From: an uncultured bacterium
GTDB taxonomy: Bacteria > Omnitrophota > Omnitrophia > Omnitrophales > Aquincolibacteriaceae
Assembly: GCA_964606385.1 (NCBI GenBank)
Contig: CAZSFZ010000010.1
Coordinates: forward strand, 512 to 64,511
DNA: 64,000 nucleotides
Direction: 5' to 3'
Position 1 is the first letter of the stretch; each line of letters begins with the position of its first letter. Of this stretch, positions 57,718-64,000 are shown piece by piece. A model generated the notes under the pieces. That model was not told the origin of the DNA, ran no database searches, and saw nothing but the letters and a program-made list of their open reading frames with translations. The translations under genes were made by a program, and so were the position numbers.

Positions 57718-59004
57718 CTAAAACATGAAATGCAGGAGAGAGAGCGCGGCGATGACCCACATGGCCGGCTTCACCTCTTTAAACTTCAGGCGCATGACCT
57801 TGAAGATCACGTAACTCAGGAACCCGAACGCCAGGCCCGTCGCGATCGAATAACTCAGCGCGATCATGACGATGATTACAAAGGCCGGGAAGCCCTCCTC
57901 CATGTTCGAAAAATCGATCTCCTTCACCTCTTTCATCATAAAAAATCCCACCAGGATGAGCGCCGGCGCCGTGGCATAGGCCGGGACGATGGCGATCAGG
58001 GGGATGAACACCACCGCGAGGATAAAGAGGATGGCCGTCACCACGGAGGTGAGGCCCGTCCGGCCTCCCTGGCCGATGCCGGTGGCGGATTCCACATATA
58101 CCGTGAGGGTCGAGGTGCCCAGGACCGCGCCTATCATACTCGCGAGCGCGTCTAAGGAGAGCAGCCGGTCCAATCCCCGGACACGCCCCTTCTCATCCAC
58201 CATTTTCGCCTGGTTGCAGCAGGCCACAAGGGACCCGATCGAATCAAAAAGATGCATGAACATCAGGCTGAAGATCGCGCCGAAAAATCCCCAGCGGAGC
58301 GCGTTCAGAATATCCAGCTTGAACGCGATCGGCATGAGTTTGAGGTCGAAAGAAAAGAACGACGCGGGCCAGGGGGTTTTTCCCATAAAGACCGCGAGAA
58401 GCGTCGCGACCGCGATCCCCAGGATCATGGAGCCCTTCACTTTTTTCATCTCTAAAAGCATCATGACGAGGAATCCGGTGAGCCCGATCAGGACCGTGGG
58501 GGTGATGGGGGCCGCGGAAACAAGCGTCGCTTCATTTCTGTGGATGATGCCGAGATTCACGAGGCCGATGAAGGTGATAAAAAAACCGATCCCCACGGAG
58601 ACCGACGCAATGAGCGCGCGCGGGATCACGTCCACGATCTTTTGCCGGAGTCCCAGGACGGTCAAAAGAAAAAAGAAGAGCCCGGAGAGGAACACGATCC
58701 CCAGAGCGTCGGTCCAGGGAATGCCGTCCGTGAGGACCAGGGAGTAGGCGAAGAAAGCGTTCAGGCCCATGCCGGGGGCCATGGCGATCGGGGCGTTCGC
58801 GAAGAGGCCGGTCATGAGCGTCGCGAGCGCGGTCGCCAGGCATGTGACCGTGATCAGGGCCGTTTTATCCATGCCCGCCGCGGCGAGGATACTGGGGTTC
58901 ACAAAAATAATATAGGCCATCGCCAGGAAAGTGGTCAGTCCGGCGATCGCTTCAGTTCCGGGGGTCGTTTTCCGGTCCTTTAATTTGAAAATTTTTTCGA
59001 GCAT
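57718..59004 (-). CDS. NCS2-family nucleobase permease (AzgA/PbuG-like)
   Basis: About 13 TM segments and NCS2 motifs. Confidence 0.8.
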   Translation of the reverse strand: MLEKIFKLKDRKTTPGTEAIAGLTTFLAMAYIIFVNPSILAAAGMDKTALITVTCLATALATLMTGLFANAPIAMAPGMGLNAFFAYSLVLTDGIPWTDALGIVFLSGLFFFLLTVLGLRQKIVDVIPRALIASVSVGIGFFITFIGLVNLGIIHRNEATLVSAAPITPTVLIGLTGFLVMMLLEMKKVKGSMILGIAVATLLAVFMGKTPWPASFFSFDLKLMPIAFKLDILNALRWGFFGAIFSLMFMHLFDSIGSLVACCNQAKMVDEKGRVRGLDRLLSLDALASMIGAVLGTSTLTVYVESATGIGQGGRTGLTSVVTAILFILAVVFIPLIAIVPAYATAPALILVGFFMMKEVKEIDFSNMEEGFPAFVIIVMIALSYSIATGLAFGFLSYVIFKVMRLKFKEVKPAMWVIAALSLLHFMF

Positions 59005-59021
59005 GAGCGGGGATTTTCCGG

Positions 59022-59381
59022 CTATTCCGCGGAACGGATCATGATGAGGAGCATTTTAAAACGCTGAACGGCCTTAAGCGAATGGGGGACGCCGGCCGGC
59101 ATGATGATCATCTCGCCTTTTTTGACCTCGTGGAGTTTCCCGCCGATCATGACCGCCGCTTTCCCGTCCAGGATCATGACGGAGGCGTCGTAGGGGGCCG
59201 TGTGTTCGCTGAGGCCCTCGCCTTTATCAAAAGCGAAAAGCGTCAGCGTTCCGGCTTTCTTGGAGAGGATCTGCTTGCTGACGACGGAATGTTCCTGATA
59301 GGTCACCAGGGCTTCGAGCGGCAGGGCCTTTCCGATAAAATCATTCGCGGCGGCCGATGGATTTTTGGATGAGGCGGGCAT
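59022..59381 (-). CDS. Cupin-domain protein
   Basis: GEGLSEHTAPY...MPAGVPHSLKA cupin motifs. Confidence 0.7.
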   Translation of the reverse strand: MPASSKNPSAAANDFIGKALPLEALVTYQEHSVVSKQILSKKAGTLTLFAFDKGEGLSEHTAPYDASVMILDGKAAVMIGGKLHEVKKGEMIIMPAGVPHSLKAVQRFKMLLIMIRSAE

Positions 59382-59392
59382 GGATTCTCCTT

Positions 59393-60481
59393 TTAAAAAC
59401 ACTTGCCGGTGGTTTTACGCGGGCACGAGGTGGTAGAGCATTTGTAACAGATCTCATTCGGCAGCTTGCCGTCCGTGAAAAATTCGCGGATGTTCTCCAG
59501 GGTCGTTTCGGCGATATTCTGGAGCGCCTCCCGCGTGAAGAACCCCTGGTGCGAGGTGATGAGGACATTATTAAAGGAAAGCAGGCGCGCGAGGATATCG
59601 TCCGTGATGACCTTGTTCGAAAAATCCTCGAAGAAATAATCGCTCTCTTCTTCATAGACATCCAGGCCCGCGAAACCGATTTTGCCGGTTTTAAGCCCTT
59701 CAATAAGCGCTTTGGAATCGATCAGCAGGCCGCGGCCGGTATTGATGATCATGACGCCTTGTTTCATTTTCGCGATATTGGGTTCATTGATCAGATGGTA
59801 AGTTTCTTTCGTGAGCGGGCAATGGAGCGAGATCACGTCGGAGTTCTTGTAGAGGGTATCCAGGTCCACATATTGGATCCCTGCTCTTTTTTCATATTCC
59901 TTGTCCGGGAAGGCGTCGTACGCGAGGACCCGCATGCCGAACCCTTTAAGAATATCGATCAGGACTCTTCCGATCTTTCCGGTGCCGATAATGCCAGCCG
60001 TTTTCCCGTGCATGTCAAAACCCAGGAGGCCGTTCAGCGTGAAATTATTGTCGCGGGTCCGGAAAAAAGCGCGATGGATCTTGCGGTTCAACGCGAGCAT
60101 GAGGGCCACGGCGTGCTCCGCCACCGCGTAGGGGGAATAGGCCGGGACGCGGACGGCATGGATCCTCTGAAAAAGCGCCTTGAGGTCGAGGTTGTTATAA
60201 CCGGCCGCCCGGATCGCGATCAGCCGGATCCCGTTTCCGGCCAACACATCCACGACATTTTGATCCACCGTGTCATTTACAAAAACGCAGACGACGTGAA
60301 ATCCCTGGACCAGAGAGGCTGTTTCGGAGGTGAGGTGGTGTTTGAAATAAGTGATCTTGAAGCCAAAGGCTTTGTTAGCGTTATCGAAAGATTCGATATC
60401 GTAAGGCTTGGCGTCAAAAAACGCGACTTTAAGTGGATTCGGGATCTTGGTTTCCAAAAGACGCTCCTCTTTTCTCATCAT
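59393..60481 (-). CDS. D-isomer-specific 2-hydroxyacid dehydrogenase (D-lactate dehydrogenase-like) with Cys-rich C-terminal tail
   Basis: GIIGTGKIGRV NAD-binding motif with catalytic R/E/H pattern. An extra C-terminal ICYKCSTTSCPRKTTGKCF is present. Confidence 0.8.
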   Translation of the reverse strand: MMRKEERLLETKIPNPLKVAFFDAKPYDIESFDNANKAFGFKITYFKHHLTSETASLVQGFHVVCVFVNDTVDQNVVDVLAGNGIRLIAIRAAGYNNLDLKALFQRIHAVRVPAYSPYAVAEHAVALMLALNRKIHRAFFRTRDNNFTLNGLLGFDMHGKTAGIIGTGKIGRVLIDILKGFGMRVLAYDAFPDKEYEKRAGIQYVDLDTLYKNSDVISLHCPLTKETYHLINEPNIAKMKQGVMIINTGRGLLIDSKALIEGLKTGKIGFAGLDVYEEESDYFFEDFSNKVITDDILARLLSFNNVLITSHQGFFTREALQNIAETTLENIREFFTDGKLPNEICYKCSTTSCPRKTTGKCF

Positions 60482-60594
60482 TATAGCGTGAGAAAGAGGC
60501 AAACTCCAGACCTTGCAAGGTTGGAAATTAAAGGGGTTTTTGGGACTTTTTTGGGTGTAAAATACAAGCCTGACCTGAAGCTGGGAGGTGCGGC

Positions 60595-61428
60595 ATGAAA
60601 GCCCAGGAAAAGGTCCGCACGGCGGTGGTGAGCGGACAATTCTATCCCGAGGAACCGGCGGTCCTCAAAAAAAAGATACGGCAGTTCCTGTCCCGGTCCC
60701 AAAACGTCCCGGATCCGGATGTGAGCGCGATCATCGTGCCGCACGCGGGATATGACTACTCCGGGCAGGTCGCGGCGGAGGCCTACAAGCTGGTGGAGGG
60801 CCGGAAGTTCGAAGCCGTGATTATCATCGCCTTTCTTCACCGGATATTCCTTCAGGGTGTCCTCGTGGATGACGCGGCTTTCTATGAAACACCGTTGGGT
60901 CGGGTCCCCGTGGATCGCAAGCTGGCCGGTGAGCTTCAAATGGCGCATCCTCTTTTCCGGAATACGCTGACCGGGCGTCTCGAAGAGCATTCGCTGGAAG
61001 TTCAGATCCCGTTCTTGCAGGAAACCATCCCCGGCCTCAGGATCGTTCCCATCTATTTCGGCTCTCAAAACATCACGAACATCACGCTCCTTGCGGATAC
61101 CTTGGCGGCCGTGATCGCGGGCCGTAACGTTCTTGTCGTAGCGACCTCAGACCTTTCGCATTTTCATCCTTATGAAGCGGCGGCCCGGATGGACCGGGTC
61201 CTTATTGCCATGTTCGAGCAGGGGAATGCCGAAGCGATCTATGACGCGAATGCCAAGGAAGAGGTCGAAGCCTGCGGGATGGGACCCGTCCTGACCTCGA
61301 TCTTGCTGGCCAGGAAAATGAAATGGTCGGGCCCCAAGCTGGTTCAGTACGCGAACTCGGGGGATGTGACGGGCGATCGCGGCTCGGTCGTCGGGTACGC
61401 AGCCATGGCTTACCGAAAAACAACATGA
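60595..61428 (+). CDS. AmmeMemoRadiSam-system protein B (Memo-like)
   Basis: VVSGQFYPEEP...IIVPHAGYDYSG Memo motifs. Confidence 0.85.
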   Translation: MKAQEKVRTAVVSGQFYPEEPAVLKKKIRQFLSRSQNVPDPDVSAIIVPHAGYDYSGQVAAEAYKLVEGRKFEAVIIIAFLHRIFLQGVLVDDAAFYETPLGRVPVDRKLAGELQMAHPLFRNTLTGRLEEHSLEVQIPFLQETIPGLRIVPIYFGSQNITNITLLADTLAAVIAGRNVLVVATSDLSHFHPYEAAARMDRVLIAMFEQGNAEAIYDANAKEEVEACGMGPVLTSILLARKMKWSGPKLVQYANSGDVTGDRGSVVGYAAMAYRKTT

Positions 61429-61961
61429 TCTCTAAGGAAGAACAGAAAAAAATACTGGCTTACGCGCGGGAACTGCTGAGAGCGCGTCTGACCGGCGGGC
61501 CCGTTCCCGGGCTCGAACTTCAAAATGAGATCCTGGAAGAAAAGCGCGGGATCTTTGTGACGCTAAAGCGCGGAGGAAGTTTGCGAGGCTGTATCGGGCA
61601 GATCGTGGGCGCGGAACCTCTTAAGAAAAGTATCGGGCGCATGACCCTGGCGGCCGCGTTTGAAGACCCCCGGTTTCCGCCGCTTGCGCTCGGGGAACTT
61701 AAGGATCTGAAGATGCACGTTTCGTTTTTAACCGCTCCGGCTCCCATTAAAAGCTTTCGGGATATCCGTACCGGGACGGACGGGATCATTGTAACGCATG
61801 GGTGGAAGAAAGGTGTTTATCTTCCCGAAGTGGCGACGGAGACCGGTTGGGACGCCCGGACTTTTTTTGAAAGCTGCGCCCTGGAAAAAGCGGGGTTGAC
61901 GGAGCAAGAACTGGAAAATGCCTCGATCGAGGTTTTCCAGACCGAGGGTTTCGAAGACTGA
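61425..61961 (+). CDS. AmmeMemoRadiSam-system protein A (AMMECR1 domain)
   Basis: GSLRGCIGQ AMMECR1 signature. ATGA overlap with the Memo gene. Confidence 0.85.
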   Translation: MISKEEQKKILAYARELLRARLTGGPVPGLELQNEILEEKRGIFVTLKRGGSLRGCIGQIVGAEPLKKSIGRMTLAAAFEDPRFPPLALGELKDLKMHVSFLTAPAPIKSFRDIRTGTDGIIVTHGWKKGVYLPEVATETGWDARTFFESCALEKAGLTEQELENASIEVFQTEGFED

Positions 61962-62052
61962 GCGGGCCCCTTATAAATATTAAAGAAGCCGTAAAACGGC
62001 CGATACTATGGGATGGAATGAACGGGTTTGGACGAACCAAGGAGACTCATCA

Positions 62053-62430
62053 ATGAAAAAGATCGCTTTGTTCCTTGCCTTGATGCTGATGTGCGCCATT
62101 GCTTATGCCTCATCTCCAGCCGTGGATAAAATGAATTCCCGGGCGGCCCTTGAAAAATTCAGCCGCGGCGTGTCGAACGTGGCGACCGGTCCGGGTGAGT
62201 TCGTGACGCAGATACCGCCCGCGATGGAACAAAGTCCCGATTACCTGACCGGGTTCATCATGAGCATCGGCCGAGGGATCGGCTATACGTTTTTGAGGGT
62301 CGGGGCGGGGATCTATGATATCGCGACGGCGCCGTTCCCCGGGCCCACGAACTATGAGCCGATTATCAAACCGGAAACTAACGTTACGAAATTCGCGGAT
62401 ACCACGATCAGCCAGACGCTTCCGACGTAA
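62053..62430 (+). CDS. Small secreted hypothetical protein
   Basis: Signal peptide MKKIALFLALMLMCAIAYA, about 125 aa. Confidence 0.5.
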   Translation: MKKIALFLALMLMCAIAYASSPAVDKMNSRAALEKFSRGVSNVATGPGEFVTQIPPAMEQSPDYLTGFIMSIGRGIGYTFLRVGAGIYDIATAPFPGPTNYEPIIKPETNVTKFADTTISQTLPT

Positions 62431-62450
62431 TTCCGCTTTTCAAAATATCC

Positions 62451-62488
62451 GACCTCCGTTCCCCTGGGGAACGGAGGTCTTTTTTTTG
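62451..62488 (+). terminator. Rho-independent terminator
   Basis: GACCTCCGTTCCCC/GGGGAACGGAGGTC stem of about 13 bp followed by TTTTTTTT. Confidence 0.85.
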
Positions 62489-62545
62489 TCCGCCCTCTCT
62501 TTTATGGTAGATTAGTCCCCGTCTTTCCAGCATAAGGAGCGCCCC

Positions 62546-62962
62546 ATGAAAGCCCATACTGAATATTTTTGGATGGATACCAAAGACCGCTACGCTATCG
62601 TGAATATCACGCCCGAAGTCGAACAGGCGATCCATAAAAGCGGCATCAAGGAAGGCCTGTGCCTTGTGAACGCCATGCACATCACGGCGTCGGTCTTCAT
62701 TAATGACAATGAGTCGGGGCTTCACGAGGATTTTCTCAAATGGGTCGAAAAACTGGCGCCTTACGGTATCGATAAATACAAACATAACCTGACCGGTGAG
62801 GATAACGGCGACGCGCACCTCAAACGCACGATCATGGGTCGGGAAGTCGTTTGCGCGGTCACGAAAGGGAAGCTCGATTTCGGCCCCTGGGAACAGATCT
62901 TTTACGGCGAATTCGACGGCCAGCGCCGCAAGCGCGTGCTCGTCAAGATCCTCGGGGAATAA
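62546..62962 (+). CDS. yjbQ: YjbQ/UPF0047-family protein (secondary thiamine-phosphate synthase)
   Basis: 138 aa. Pattern [10 protein letters not shown]...[13 protein letters not shown]...[24 protein letters not shown]. Confidence 0.8.
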   Translation: MKAHTEYFWMDTKDRYAIVNITPEVEQAIHKSGIKEGLCLVNAMHITASVFINDNESGLHEDFLKWVEKLAPYGIDKYKHNLTGEDNGDAHLKRTIMGREVVCAVTKGKLDFGPWEQIFYGEFDGQRRKRVLVKILGE

Positions 62963-62975
62963 AACCAAAGTCTTC

Positions 62976-64000
62976 ATGTCTGACACCTATCGCGACAAAC
63001 CCAAAAAACGACGGAAAAAAGTTCATGCGCCGCTGCCTCCCAGGCAGGAGAAAAAAGAAGAACGCAGGATCTGGGTCGGGGATGAAGCGGTCATCGAAAA
63101 GCATTTCCTTTACCTGACGCGCCTCCTGCGCGATGAGGAACGCGAAGAGCAGAACCGTTTCAAGACGGATTTTCTGGACCAGAAACCGGAGGTCCGCGAA
63201 AAAAAAGGAAAGGCCCTTTTCCGGCTTGACCTTCTCGAAACCCACTATAATCCCTCGGGGCAAAAGCTCCTGACCTTCGCGCTTCAGAACGGCCGCCCCT
63301 TGCCGCGGTATTCCCTGGGTCCCGGCGATGTGGTCTCCCTTTCCGGTTTCCAGACGCCGCCGGCGGATTGCCCCGTCGGGACAGTCTATGAAAAAGACCG
63401 GTTCAGGATCACGGTCGCTTTCAGCGGCAGGATCCCCGGCTGGGTTGAGAGTGAAAAAAGCTATCAGCTGAGCCTTGCCGAGAACCGTACGACCTACCAG
63501 CGCATGTATGAAGCACTTCATATGACCCGCACGGCGGACCACTCCCGTCTCGCATGGCTTCGGGATATCAGCCTCGGGCTTAAAAAACCACGGTTCGGCG
63601 ATCCGGTCCCCGCGGCAAAGTTCGCGGGTTTCGATCCGGGTTTGAACGATGACCAAAAAAAAGCGGTCGCGATGGCGCTCGAAGCCGAGGACATTCTTCT
63701 GATCCACGGGCCTCCGGGAACGGGGAAAACGCGTGTGTTGACCGAGATCATTTGCCAGGCCGCCGGCGCCGGTCAGACGGTCCTTGTCTCCGCGCCGAGT
63801 AACGCCGCGTGCGATCACTTGGTGGAATGTCTGGTGAAGAAAAAGATCCCGGTGACGCGGTTGGGGCATCCGGCGCGTATCACCGACCGGGTCCGGGAAC
63901 ATACGCTCAGTTATAAACTCGCCGCGCATCCCTACGCGAAAATGATCGATGAGAACGAAGCGAGGCTCGAACAATTAGCGCGCCAGCAAGAACGCCGGCA
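62976..64000 (+). CDS. Upf1-like SF1B helicase (AAA_11/AAA_12 type), 3' end outside window
   Basis: My own translation from ATG 62976 gives ...DDQKKAVAMALEAEDILLIHGPPGTGKTRVLTEII.... The frame is open to the window end and absent from the ORF track. The listed antisense ORF 62943-63974 is spurious. Confidence 0.7.
   Translation, partial: MSDTYRDKPKKRRKKVHAPLPPRQEKKEERRIWVGDEAVIEKHFLYLTRLLRDEEREEQNRFKTDFLDQKPEVREKKGKALFRLDLLETHYNPSGQKLLTFALQNGRPLPRYSLGPGDVVSLSGFQTPPADCPVGTVYEKDRFRITVAFSGRIPGWVESEKSYQLSLAENRTTYQRMYEALHMTRTADHSRLAWLRDISLGLKKPRFGDPVPAAKFAGFDPGLNDDQKKAVAMALEAEDILLIHGPPGTGKTRVLTEIICQAAGAGQTVLVSAPSNAACDHLVECLVKKKIPVTRLGHPARITDRVREHTLSYKLAAHPYAKMIDENEARLEQLARQQERR

Noticed and set aside
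59357-60598. 413-aa plus ORF opposite the LdhA-like and cupin genes
   Set aside because: The minus-strand LdhA has the GxGxxG NAD motif and catalytic triad.
62943-63974. 343-aa minus ORF at the window end
   Set aside because: The plus strand encodes a Walker-A-containing Upf1-like helicase in an uninterrupted frame.

Overview
This 64-kb window is a gene-dense bacterial chromosomal segment of about 55-60% GC with no rRNA, tRNA or CRISPR array that I could see. Most of it is housekeeping: thiC (3' end), ispG, a futalosine-type radical SAM enzyme, greA, nth, trxA, era, prfC, a PFK, efp, queD, ispH, htpX, ferredoxin, TrpB2 and a Kef-type antiporter. These are interleaved with signalling and envelope genes. 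The signalling genes are two CHASE2 sensors (one GGDEF, one class-III cyclase), REC proteins, a GAF histidine kinase, a CYTH protein and a PilZ protein. The envelope genes are a minor-pilin cluster and LemA. Most accessory-looking content sits in four places. (1) 35.9-43.1 kb holds a TPR plus beta-barrel outer-membrane protein (OMP), three tandem secreted FecR-domain paralogs and a convergent CHASE2 adenylate/guanylate cyclase, bracketed by two inverted copies of a 27-bp near-palindromic motif. (2) 20.6-22.0 kb is a low-GC islet with a zinc-ribbon membrane protein, a ComM/YifB C-terminal remnant and an ORF6N (KilA-N-like) gene. (3) Several tandem paralog pairs occur: REC plus pseudo-receiver proteins, and GIDE-like two-TM proteins next to lemA. 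(4) A P-loop kinase::dCMP-deaminase fusion lies beside ispH. Two repeated elements were also seen: a REP-like palindrome at two loci and a triple hairpin cluster after thiC. An AmmeMemoRadiSam system is present but split into two loci. The ORF track lists many long antisense ORFs that are high-GC artefacts; I rejected these. A real 3'-truncated Upf1-like helicase gene at the window end is absent from the track.
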